Source: a virus
Lineage: Duplodnaviria; Caudoviricetes
IMG/VR virus record: IMGVR_UViG_3300019872_000010
Coordinates: 1-37,170 of that record
Length of the DNA stretch: 37,170 bases
Strand: one strand, 5' to 3'
Positions 17,352-25,409 of this stretch are shown one piece after another. The first letter of the stretch is position 1. Every line of letters begins with the position of its first letter. Position numbers and translations under genes: made by a program. The notes beneath the pieces were generated by a model that saw nothing but the letters and a program-made list of their open reading frames with translations, searched no databases and was not told the origin of the DNA.

Positions 17352-17968
17352 TTCCCGCCTTCGATCAGCCTGAGATTTCTATTTTGGATCTGTTCCGCTT
17401 TGACCGGATCATGTTTCCTGAGTTCGGCCATCATTTCGACAAGCATGACCTTCATTTCATTCTGTGTCTGAGTTAACTCTTCCATTTTCGCAATTAATGC
17501 AGACATTTCCTGTTCCCTTAATAATTTTTCAGTGTGTGCAAAATCTTGTTCGTCTCTGGGAATTGTTGAGAATTTCTTCAGCCCTTTCAACTTCGAGATC
17601 AGGTCATCTTGGGCTTCGTTATATATAACCGTCTTTCCATTATAGCTGGAATAAAAATCGTGCCATGGGGACTGATTTGCAATGTCGTGATTCAGCCGGA
17701 TTATATGAGAACTCACTCTTTCAAATTCACCTTCGGACACCAGTCTTGTGATCGAATTGCTAATAGCTTTTGCGCACCAGCCGGTCAAGGAAACAATAGT
17801 ACTGAGAAGGGTTTCAACGCATTGAGGTTCATTTTTGGGGTTATTGATATGGAACAAAAAGTGACGTACAAAATTCTGTATATCCTTTGCCTTCAGGGCT
17901 ACAGCACAAAAATGAATATGGTTGAGCTTGGTATAACGCTTAATTTGCTGTCGAACTAGCTTACGCAT
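17348..17968 (-). CDS. Winged-HTH protein, putative replication initiator or regulator, 206 aa
   Basis: TLLSTIVSLTGWCAKAISNSITRLVSEGEFER wHTH pattern; C-terminal coiled coil; next to the repeat region. Confidence 0.55.
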   Translation of the reverse strand: MRKLVRQQIKRYTKLNHIHFCAVALKAKDIQNFVRHFLFHINNPKNEPQCVETLLSTIVSLTGWCAKAISNSITRLVSEGEFERVSSHIIRLNHDIANQSPWHDFYSSYNGKTVIYNEAQDDLISKLKGLKKFSTIPRDEQDFAHTEKLLREQEMSALIAKMEELTQTQNEMKVMLVEMMAELRKHDPVKAEQIQNRNLRLIEGGK

Positions 17969-18083
17969 GTGATGGCCTGCATGGTTTTTATTGGAATCAA
18001 AGCAATAGCATATGTGATTTTTAATATCGATAACCCAAGGCTATAGCATGAATCTTTTTCTGTCCAGGCCATTCCTTAATGGC

Positions 18084-18125
18084 ATACATTCTGAGAATGT
18101 ATCGATACATTCTGAGGATGTATCG
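18084..18125. repeat. Two tandem 21-bp palindromic repeats (iteron/operator candidates)
   Basis: ATACATTCTGAGAATGTATCG / ATACATTCTGAGGATGTATCG, one mismatch. Confidence 0.9.
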
Positions 18126-18315
18126 GGCGGCCGGAATCCCTTTCATACCAAGGTTTTGAAATTCCCCTTTATGACTCTAGGGACCGGGAACTTGACCCGA
18201 AGAACTGGCGCCGAGAATATACCCGGACATGCTTGGTTTTTCTCACTGCTCCGACTTGGTCTGAGTTGTTTTTGGATTCAAAGATCGAAACGGACAAAGT
18301 CCAACGGACCCGGAC

Positions 18316-18380
18316 GGGAGTGCAGCGAAGCGGAACGGTTCGTTCGGAACCTGAGTCCGAAGCGGAGCGAAGGCGAAGGA
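18316..18380 (+). other. ssi/pas-like element (putative primosome assembly site)
   Basis: GAAGCGG at 18327-18333 and 18359-18365 within a CGAAG-rich, probably non-coding stretch. Confidence 0.35.
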
Positions 18381-18535
18381 TGGTTATGAATATGCGTTTT
18401 GTGAGTGAAATTCCTTTTCAGGAATGCTAGAGCTTGGGGGTTGTCGGTCGGTAAGTTAAGGACTTGTGCGTGCCGATCATGCATTGGGCTCTTTTTTCCT
18501 CTTAACCTTTCTTCAGGGCGTGGGAAAAAGGGCTC

Positions 18536-18564
18536 TTGTATTTTTCCTCCCGAAATTCTATTTT
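18536..18564 (+). promoter_or_regulatory. Candidate rightward early promoter
   Basis: TTGTAT-N17-TATTTT; spacer contains TTTCCTCCC. Confidence 0.45.
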
Positions 18565-18666
18565 CCAAAACGCAAACCGAACTGATTCAAAATAGTGAAA
18601 TTACAAGCTCAAGCAGATTCCCAGTCTTTGCACTGGGATGCTGCATTTTGCATTAAAGGAACGCCT

Positions 18667-19173
18667 ATGGGCACCAAACATCAATTAGGATTTGTGGAGG
18701 ATATAGAGGCCGGGTGCAAACACCTTATTTCCGAAAATATAACAACGGTCACCAAAATAAACCAAGTGATGGAAGCGGCCGGACGCAATCTGTCAGAATT
18801 CACGCCCATGATTTGGCGGCTCAAGGCTTCCAATCAATGGGATCTTTTGAACAGGATTGCGGACGCATTTATCAGCGTCAAGATGGTCCCTGTTTGCGTG
18901 ACCCGCGCGCTCGAGTCGAGGACCAAGGAGATCATGGCCGCTCAGGAGTCGGGATTGGATCCTGAAACGCCTTTCAACCTCGAGCCGGAACTTCCTCCCG
19001 AACCAATCAAGCCCACCGTCAAGGAGCAAAGAACACCGCTTATGGAAACAATCAAAAAAGAGCCAAGCAAAGCTGATCTGGTTGTGCAGGTCTATAATAT
19101 CCTGGCGACCAAGGATAAGAAAACCAGGCAGGAGGTTTTGACATCGACCTCCATTCTCCTAGAGGTTGACTGA
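18667..19173 (+). CDS. Hypothetical protein, 168 aa (start reassigned from 18595)
   Basis: AAGGA 6 nt before ATG 18667; first gene of the rightward operon. Confidence 0.7.
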   Translation: MGTKHQLGFVEDIEAGCKHLISENITTVTKINQVMEAAGRNLSEFTPMIWRLKASNQWDLLNRIADAFISVKMVPVCVTRALESRTKEIMAAQESGLDPETPFNLEPELPPEPIKPTVKEQRTPLMETIKKEPSKADLVVQVYNILATKDKKTRQEVLTSTSILLEVD

Positions 19174-19524
19174 ATGAAGTGGTTTAAGAAAGTCCGGACG
19201 GAAGGGGGAATAGTTCCGATGATGACAGTGCACAGCGTGATTGAGGAGCTCGAACGGCTCCAAAAGCAAGTCAGGGAGTTGGCGGCTATGCAAGCGGCCG
19301 CTAGGGATTGGATCCTCGATCAGGAGGAAAAGCAAAATCAATTCGATGCCTATTTCTCAAAGATCGAAGCTCTATTGAAGCCCGGCGCTTTCACTAAACG
19401 CGAAGCCATGGCCGCGAGTAATTTGAATGCCCTGATTATGCATTATGGGGTTCCTATGACCAGCGATCATTTAAAGTGGTCAGTGCTAGCGGCTGATGAC
19501 TTGATTGCGGAGCTTGCGAAATGA
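19174..19524 (+). CDS. Hypothetical phage protein, 116 aa
   Basis: Coiled coil plus TKREAMAA...AADDLIAELAK motif common in small phage proteins. Confidence 0.75.
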   Translation: MKWFKKVRTEGGIVPMMTVHSVIEELERLQKQVRELAAMQAAARDWILDQEEKQNQFDAYFSKIEALLKPGAFTKREAMAASNLNALIMHYGVPMTSDHLKWSVLAADDLIAELAK

Positions 19525-19709
19525 AAAAACTCCAGCACGGTCAGCTTTTGAATGCAAAGCATGTCATGGATAACGCGATGGGCGTCCTGTCTGATCTCGA
19601 TGATCTGGTCCCCAAGGCACTTCACCGCAAGCTGGGTCAGATTATCGCTGAATTCGAATCAGAATTAGCTGATTCCGATGTTGCTGATCGCTATGAGGAG
19701 ATCCGATGA
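19521..19709 (+). CDS. Hypothetical protein, 62 aa
   Basis: GGAG RBS; ATGA coupling. Confidence 0.7.
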   Translation: MKKLQHGQLLNAKHVMDNAMGVLSDLDDLVPKALHRKLGQIIAEFESELADSDVADRYEEIR

Positions 19710-19969
19710 GAATCAATTTCCCGGCTACAGTGCCATTTCTCATAGGCGGTCTATCGATGGCTGTCTTATTGCTATCACTGACTTCACTTAGGCAGGGCAA
19801 CCAGATCAGGGAGCTATATAAAATCATCGATTTTGTCGATCCTCAGCCTTTCATTTTTGTGGTCAAGGATCTCAATGATCAAGCTGAAGTCGAGCGAATG
19901 ACCGTGGAATTTCTGAATCAACATGAAAGTGCCATGCATCGCTGGAAGCAGGCCAGGGGAATCAAGTGA
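19706..19969 (+). CDS. Hypothetical protein with an N-terminal TM, 87 aa
   Basis: GAGGAG RBS; hydrophobic N-terminus; coupling. Confidence 0.7.
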   Translation: MRINFPATVPFLIGGLSMAVLLLSLTSLRQGNQIRELYKIIDFVDPQPFIFVVKDLNDQAEVERMTVEFLNQHESAMHRWKQARGIK

Positions 19970-20199
19970 AAGAGCTTATGGAAGTGACATTATCGTTTGA
20001 AGAAATTGAGGAAATATTAGGGCCGACTCTTGTTTCGACAGCCCGCGCCGTTTGTGAAAAGTCAGGGAAAGATATTTTCAATGAACTGAAATCAAAGAGA
20101 ACTGATCAGGCCAAAATCGCAGAATTGCAGTCGTTTGCTTATGGAGCTTCCTTGGCCGCTATCGCTTTTTATATGGCCAACATGGAGGGGAAAAAATAA
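19966..20199 (+). CDS. Hypothetical protein, 77 aa
   Basis: GTGA coupling. Confidence 0.65.
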   Translation: MKELMEVTLSFEEIEEILGPTLVSTARAVCEKSGKDIFNELKSKRTDQAKIAELQSFAYGASLAAIAFYMANMEGKK

Positions 20200-20477
20200 T
20201 GCAAATCAATGATGATCCAAAAACCCAGGACCTCTGCCATCGGGTGAACGCATTTTTCGAGAATGAAATGACAGCCAACGGCATGAACGGCGATCAGCTG
20301 GTCTATTCCCTCTGCAATCAGATCGCTTACTACAGCTGCAGCGCGCCGAACCCGAATCAGTGTATTAATAAGGCCGTGTCCTGGATCAAGTCTGAAACAG
20401 AGGATAAGAGAAAGCGCTTTCTTCAGTATCAGAAAGAGCAAAGGAAGCAAAATGGGGGAGGGCTCATCATCCTATGA
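20199..20477 (+). CDS. Hypothetical protein, 92 aa
   Basis: GGAGGGG RBS; TAATG coupling. Confidence 0.7.
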   Translation: MQINDDPKTQDLCHRVNAFFENEMTANGMNGDQLVYSLCNQIAYYSCSAPNPNQCINKAVSWIKSETEDKRKRFLQYQKEQRKQNGGGLIIL

Positions 20478-20833
20478 GCAAAATACCTTCGGGCGATTGC
20501 TTCGCGGCTCCGAGAATCACAATCATAGCGCTGAGAAATCGGCTCATGGAACTGGATCTGATCATGGATCCGGCAAATATAAATTGCATGCTCGAGATAG
20601 GATCCCTGATAGGCGAAATGGAGCGCTATCAGATCCATACTCCAATGCTTTGCATAGGGCCGAGCAGCGCATACAGCAATGAATTGATTATGATTCATTC
20701 CCTGGCTCAGGGATGGATTTTTGGATACTACTCCCTCGATTCACGCGATCACCTGCCGGAATATTCTGATCAAAGCCAGAACGTGATCCGGGATGCCACG
20801 CACTGGATGCCAATGCCACCGAGGCCGCTATGA
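20474..20833 (+). CDS. Hypothetical protein with a DUF551-like C-terminus, 119 aa
   Basis: Ends ATHWMPMPPRP. Confidence 0.7.
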   Translation: MSKIPSGDCFAAPRITIIALRNRLMELDLIMDPANINCMLEIGSLIGEMERYQIHTPMLCIGPSSAYSNELIMIHSLAQGWIFGYYSLDSRDHLPEYSDQSQNVIRDATHWMPMPPRPL

Positions 20834-21174
20834 GCCTAATCGAAAAGCTGGATAAACTAAGCCAAGCGAAAGACGTTAGACCCGCGCCTTGGGGGTTTTT
20901 AAATCTCAATCCCCAAAAAAATAGTAATGAGCCTTCCTATCAAGTAGTCACACCTGATCATGATCCGCAAAAAGACTTTGATTATATAATGGAGGATGCA
21001 ACATATTATAATATCGCACCATCCAAAGCCGAAGCGGAATTCCTTGTCGAACTTCGCAATGCATGGCCGAAGATTAAGGGTGTGCTCATGGCCGCTAAAA
21101 GACTACATCCCGGTCTTAGTCAGGCGTATATCGACCTGGAAAGAGCATGGGCTGATTTGGAGGGCGACGAATGA
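20830..21174 (+). CDS. Ead/Ea22-like small phage protein, 114 aa
   Basis: PAPW...AEAEFLVELRNAWPKI pattern. Confidence 0.55.
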   Translation: MSLIEKLDKLSQAKDVRPAPWGFLNLNPQKNSNEPSYQVVTPDHDPQKDFDYIMEDATYYNIAPSKAEAEFLVELRNAWPKIKGVLMAAKRLHPGLSQAYIDLERAWADLEGDE

Positions 21175-21758
21175 TCCTCGAGAAGAGCATAAAAAATTGC
21201 CACGTCAAGGGCCTGCATTCCATTGTGCTGAGTGAAGGGCTTGGGGGAAGGCTCAAGCGAATGTATATCCATGAGCCTGAAGGCGGCTTGGCCGTGGGTG
21301 GCCTCATTCCCCTGGCCGTGCATGCGCATCGCCGGGATCTGAAAATCAAGGTTTTGGCCGGACGCTTATCGAACCTCTGTTTTAAATTCGATGCGGTGAG
21401 TGGTTTTGAGGTTCCCAGGTGGAAGTGGAATTCACCGATACTTGGAAAATCCGGCGGCTTCGAAAGATCCGGCTCAGTGAAATTCGCCCATAATCCTGTC
21501 GTTTCCATTCATACCGAGGGCAGTGAGTTCTTTTTGCTTGCCGACTGGCTTCACACAGTTGATTGCAGCTTTGGCGAATGGACAGCCTGGATTGTAAGCG
21601 AAGGACGGTTCGATCCGAAGTATGAGCCTTGGGCGTATTCCATGGCAGATTTAAGCAATCTCGATATGAGTGAACTATACCAGCCCTTCAAGTCCAGCAA
21701 AGAGATCCGGGATCTGGTCAGGACTGCAGGGATTCATGGAGTGATGAATGGAAAATAA
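21171..21758 (+). CDS. Cupin-like putative metal-binding protein, 195 aa
   Basis: VHAHRRDL and downstream WLHTV His motifs in a beta-rich sequence. Confidence 0.5.
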   Translation: MILEKSIKNCHVKGLHSIVLSEGLGGRLKRMYIHEPEGGLAVGGLIPLAVHAHRRDLKIKVLAGRLSNLCFKFDAVSGFEVPRWKWNSPILGKSGGFERSGSVKFAHNPVVSIHTEGSEFFLLADWLHTVDCSFGEWTAWIVSEGRFDPKYEPWAYSMADLSNLDMSELYQPFKSSKEIRDLVRTAGIHGVMNGK

Positions 21759-22023
21759 CCAGCTTGCAATACTTAGAGCGCCGGTCTTATTTATAGACGG
21801 CCCGCCTTCAATTGAAGGGCGTTATCGAGAAGTGGTCAATCATCCAATCAACCTCTGCAATGTCCTTTCATTCGCGCGGGGGAAATACGCTTGGTATCCA
21901 GACAATGAAGGCGTTCCTTGCATAAAATTCTATATGCTTAATGCTAAAGAACCACTGGAATGGATCTTTCCAAACAAAGACGCTCGAGATAAAAAATACG
22001 ATGAAATTCTAGGAATTAAATGA
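21748..22023 (+). CDS. Hypothetical protein, 91 aa
   Basis: GGAG RBS; overlap coupling. Confidence 0.7.
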   Translation: MENNQLAILRAPVLFIDGPPSIEGRYREVVNHPINLCNVLSFARGKYAWYPDNEGVPCIKFYMLNAKEPLEWIFPNKDARDKKYDEILGIK

Positions 22024-22373
22024 TGAAAGACACCGTGATTTTCGATCTGGATGGAACAATGGCCCTTATTGAGCACCGCAAACATTTTGTGGAATGCGAT
22101 AAGAAGGATCAAAATTGGGATGCTTTCTATGAGGCGTGTGACCAGGATTTACCGAATCCCGATATCATAGAATTATTCCGAAATCTCACTGACAACACTA
22201 AGGACCCCGAGGATGAGAAAGATATTTATAAGGTCCTCATTTTTTCTGGTCGCTCTGAAGCTGTAAGGGAAAAGACTGTGCAATGGCTCTCACGCCATAC
22301 TTGTTTTGGGGTTGTCAAAATGTGGCGATCACTTGGCCTGACCTGTCTGCAAGTCGCGGCGGGAGATTTCTAA
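22020..22373 (+). CDS. HAD phosphatase (PNKP 3'-phosphatase-like) with an apparent internal deletion, 117 aa
   Basis: IFDLDGT motif I, IFSGR motif II and family C-terminus VVKMWRSLGLTCLQVAAGDF are present; the MR..D.R.D...K and DDR segment is absent. Confidence 0.8.
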   Translation: MMKDTVIFDLDGTMALIEHRKHFVECDKKDQNWDAFYEACDQDLPNPDIIELFRNLTDNTKDPEDEKDIYKVLIFSGRSEAVREKTVQWLSRHTCFGVVKMWRSLGLTCLQVAAGDF

Positions 22374-22648
22374 TGTATATCAAGGAGGGCGGGCTATACG
22401 TGCTCGACTACAATCCAATCCTTGAAACTTTAAATCCAGCGCCGTGGTTGAAAATAGGCGGGATGGATCCAGAATCTCCTTATTTCGATTATGAATACCC
22501 TTCCGATGAGCATCGATCAATGAAGCTGGAAACGGTTGTCTCGATTCATATGCCGATAAGACCAATATTTACGCGCGTGCGCTTTCATAGATTGAATGCC
22601 AATCTATTCGGACGGGAAATCTCGGTTTATCAGGCGAGGAAGTATTGA
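22373..22648 (+). CDS. Hypothetical protein, 91 aa (start reassigned from 22283)
   Basis: GGGAG RBS; TAATG coupling. Confidence 0.6.
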   Translation: MYIKEGGLYVLDYNPILETLNPAPWLKIGGMDPESPYFDYEYPSDEHRSMKLETVVSIHMPIRPIFTRVRFHRLNANLFGREISVYQARKY

Positions 22649-22702
22649 GCGCTGAAAACCAAGCGCTAGGCGTGTATTGGCAATATATGTAGGATTAATG
22701 AC

Positions 22703-23023
22703 ATGATGACAATGAAAATTACCGCACAAGATTTCGCAACTGTCTGCCAGGGAAATGCTGGTGCATTGACTGTTTTAGTAGAATGCCAGAAATTCTTTGG
22801 CGATGAATGGACGCTCCATTTCATGGGGACACTTGTTTCCACCGATACCAAATCATTGGCCCTTTGGCTTATTTATAAGGATGAATGCGCGGGTGATCTC
22901 GGGAAGGCCAAAATCATGTTTGAAAACTGGATGGATCAGCCCTCCCAGGAATCACTCCTGCATTGGATAGTGAAGGAAGGGCTTCGAAGCGCCAAGGAAG
23001 CCGCTTACTATCTCGAGAATTAA
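22703..23023 (+). CDS. Hypothetical phage protein, 106 aa
   Basis: AGGA RBS; CQGNAGALTVL...LWLIYKDEC conserved-looking motif. Confidence 0.7.
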   Translation: MMTMKITAQDFATVCQGNAGALTVLVECQKFFGDEWTLHFMGTLVSTDTKSLALWLIYKDECAGDLGKAKIMFENWMDQPSQESLLHWIVKEGLRSAKEAAYYLEN

Positions 23024-23144
23024 TAGAATTTGCATAAGTATTGATATTCCTGAATTGTTCCTCACAGATTTCAGCTTTTTTGCTATAAACATAGCTCCAA
23101 ATAGATCACTAAACGGCAATCGCCGTGCATAAAAGGAGATCGGT

Positions 23145-23561
23145 ATGACAATGAGTTGGAAATTCGTCGGGTCGCTTTTGCTTATTTCAATGACTTCAGT
23201 GATCAGCGCCAAGCCTCAGTCGCGAGCTCAGGAGCTCTTCGATGTTGAGACAGTTCTTCTTACCAGCCCGGAATTCGAGGGCAAGCAAATCGAATTCTGC
23301 CTTGAGGATGAATGCGTTTCGGTTGATCGGAGCGAACCGGTCATGGTTCCAATGAAGGGCGGCTCAGCTGACACCATGTATGAAAGACCCAAGCCAAGCC
23401 AATGGGCGGTTGACGTAGGTGCGGTGATCGGTGGCGCGACCGGATCGGTCGCCGGCAAAGCCACGGTTAAGGCATCCGGATCTCACACAAAAAATGCTGA
23501 TGGCTCCGAGACAACAACTGTCAAGGTTGAGATCGAAGTTTCAGCATCCAAAGGAAAATAG
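23145..23561 (+). CDS. Secreted protein with a glycine-zipper-like segment, 138 aa
   Basis: AAGGAG RBS; signal peptide ending VISA; VGAVIGGATGSVAG; upstream TG-C-TATAAA; own terminator. Confidence 0.75.
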   Translation: MTMSWKFVGSLLLISMTSVISAKPQSRAQELFDVETVLLTSPEFEGKQIEFCLEDECVSVDRSEPVMVPMKGGSADTMYERPKPSQWAVDVGAVIGGATGSVAGKATVKASGSHTKNADGSETTTVKVEIEVSASKGK

Positions 23562-23606
23562 ATTTTCGAGTTCCCATCCTTCTAAATGCGACACTCAGTT
23601 ATGTTC

Positions 23607-23642
23607 AAAGAGCCAATCCTGAAAAGGATCGGCTCTTTTTTT
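23607..23642. terminator. Intrinsic terminator between convergent genes (probably bidirectional)
   Basis: AAAGAGCC-a-ATCCT-gaaa-AGGAT-c-GGCTCTTT followed by a T run. Confidence 0.85.
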
Positions 23643-24250
23643 CAAGTTCCAGAGGGTGATTGATTTGGGAAATACCGGAAAATCAAATCGGGAGGCAAAA
23701 ATGCGCCGGTGACCGATGCCTCAAAGAAATCGAGTGCAGTCAGGTCATCCTGGATGACCACCTGGATTTTCCAGCCGGGTCTTATTGTGGCAAGGACGCC
23801 GATTACCGAACTTTTCCAGCTGACCGTGACCAAGTCAGCGCCGGTTTGAAGCTGGATCTCCGTTCCCGCGATATTGAAGAACTCATAGTTCATCTTTATG
23901 GTCGGGTTGGAATGGAAATTAAAAAGCAGATTGTTACTCGCATCGACCACTCGCCAAATTATTCCATTGGTAAGGGCCGCTCCTCCTCCGAATTTAGTGG
24001 AGGTTACTGCAGCATCGACTATGACCAGATTGATTTGGGCGATGATGAAAAATGCATTACTCGGGCAAACAAACTCAAAAATCCTTGGTGCGCCCGGGGC
24101 GGCGCTCACGTTCATCAGATAAATGTTGGGGTTGGTCGAATCTTTTAGATGGGCCGTGCTTAGCCCATTCATTTCGTATACCAGTGGTATTTGCATTACC
24201 TTGGGCCAAATCTGGCCATTGGCCAGCGAAGCCGCATAGTTCATATTCAT
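23642..24250 (-). CDS. Hypothetical beta-rich protein, 202 aa
   Basis: AGGTGAGG RBS; FGGGAALTNG...IQDDLTAL motifs. Confidence 0.75.
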   Translation of the reverse strand: MNMNYAASLANGQIWPKVMQIPLVYEMNGLSTAHLKDSTNPNIYLMNVSAAPGAPRIFEFVCPSNAFFIIAQINLVIVDAAVTSTKFGGGAALTNGIIWRVVDASNNLLFNFHSNPTIKMNYEFFNIAGTEIQLQTGADLVTVSWKSSVIGVLATIRPGWKIQVVIQDDLTALDFFEASVTGAFLPPDLIFRYFPNQSPSGT

Positions 24251-24307
24251 TTGGTTTGCCTCACCTTTTTTAATTGAGGCTTTATACCATGATTGAGATT
24301 AGCCGGC

Positions 24308-24457
24308 CTAATGGGCGAAATTACCCATCATTACCATAAACGCGCCTGATGACAGCCATATGAAGAAAAACACCAAAGCAAGCATGATCGAATTGAATAT
24401 CCAGTCCTGACGCTCCCTTTCGACTAAAATTCTTTCCTCTTCGGTCAGCCCAATCAA
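24308..24457 (-). CDS. Possible membrane peptide of about 49 aa (not in ORF track)
   Basis: Open frame filling the gap between minus-strand genes; WIFNSIMLALVFFFIWLSSGAFMVMM is TM-like; start codon uncertain. Confidence 0.4.
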   Translation of the reverse strand: MIGLTEEERILVERERQDWIFNSIMLALVFFFIWLSSGAFMVMMGNFAH

Positions 24458-24467
24458 TCCTCTTAAT

Positions 24468-24659
24468 TTATTTTTCCGGATTCTCATTTTGCACTCCGTT
24501 ATTCATTGTTTGCTTAAGCAGTATTCTAAGTTTTTTAGAGGCCGATATATGGGTCATTGAGGCCTGTGTTTTTAACCATGATATTTGTTCCAGAGTCAGA
24601 TTGTATGTTGCTGGCTCCGTTGGCTCAGAATCCTTAGGGCGACCGGCGGCCTTTTTCAT
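24468..24659 (-). CDS. Ribbon-helix-helix-like DNA-binding protein, 63 aa
   Basis: AGRPK...ATYNLTLEQISWLK...ISASKKLRILL fits the CopG/Arc layout. Confidence 0.65.
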   Translation of the reverse strand: MKKAAGRPKDSEPTEPATYNLTLEQISWLKTQASMTHISASKKLRILLKQTMNNGVQNENPEK

Positions 24660-24840
24660 CGATTTCCCTCTGCAAAAGATTGCCTTCGGCTATTAAAATA
24701 ATGTCATCAGCTGTCATGCAATAGCCGCAGACTGTTTTATAGATAGCAAAGTGCTCGACCATCAGGATCTTTTCCAAGTGAAAGTGAATCAGATCAAAGT
24801 CCCTGGAGCATCGCTCGCAAATCGAGGGGAGAATGCTCAT
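24634..24840 (-). CDS. Small CxxC...CxxC zinc-binding protein, 68 aa (start reassigned from 24960)
   Basis: CERC and CGYC; GAGGG RBS; starts 1 nt after the upstream stop. Confidence 0.55.
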   Translation of the reverse strand: MSILPSICERCSRDFDLIHFHLEKILMVEHFAIYKTVCGYCMTADDIILIAEGNLLQREIDEKGRRSP

Positions 24841-24841
24841 T

Positions 24842-25267
24842 TCAGCCCTCGCACTTGAAACTGTGTGTGTATTGTTCGCTATAGTTGTCAGTAATATTAT
24901 GAATCTCAGGCTTTTCATCAAAGCGAATGATGTGATATTCGCCTTGGCGTAATAGGACATTCTCTTTCACTTGCAGATAGAGATAGCCGTTCTTCACTGT
25001 CCGGAAAACGAATGTAGCGATCTGGCAGTTGATCGGACTGGTGAACCTAGCCTCACAGTAAAGATCATCCTGGAAGAGACATTGATCGATTCCCCCAGCG
25101 ATATGCTCAAAGCCCGCCAAATCAGGGATCTTGTCTGGACTAGTTCCATCCGGACTGACTTCGGCTGAAGTGCTGATCACTTTTGAATCGGTCACGGTGC
25201 TCGAATCATCCATTCCGCAAGCGGTCATGCTCATGGCCAGAATCATACTTGGGATAAGGGTTTTCAT
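24842..25267 (-). CDS. Lipoprotein, 141 aa
   Basis: AAGGA RBS; MKTLIPSMILAMSMTA-C lipobox; four further Cys. Confidence 0.75.
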   Translation of the reverse strand: MKTLIPSMILAMSMTACGMDDSSTVTDSKVISTSAEVSPDGTSPDKIPDLAGFEHIAGGIDQCLFQDDLYCEARFTSPINCQIATFVFRTVKNGYLYLQVKENVLLRQGEYHIIRFDEKPEIHNITDNYSEQYTHSFKCEG

Positions 25268-25409
25268 TGGGTTTTCCTTTCGATTTTTTGTGCATCACAA
25301 CCGACTTACAATTCTCTCTTCGGCATTTCTTCATAGAAAATTAAGGGCTTTTTTTACCCAATCATTTCGGGGTATAACCACCCAATATCAATCCGAGGAC
25401 AAAAAACCA

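Noticed and set aside
18084-18125. Possible mini-CRISPR array
   Set aside because: Only two abutting units, no spacer and no cas genes
18048-18656. Track ORFs across the control region (18048-18389, 18233-18430, 18278-18568, 18405-18656)
   Set aside because: Mutually overlapping, no convincing motifs, and they cover repeat and promoter elements; treated as non-coding
16939-22658. GAGCGCTGAAAA present in two intergenic regions (near 16939 and 22647)
   Set aside because: Only two copies, in opposite orientation relative to their downstream genes; a 12-mer pair is expected by chance in 37 kb
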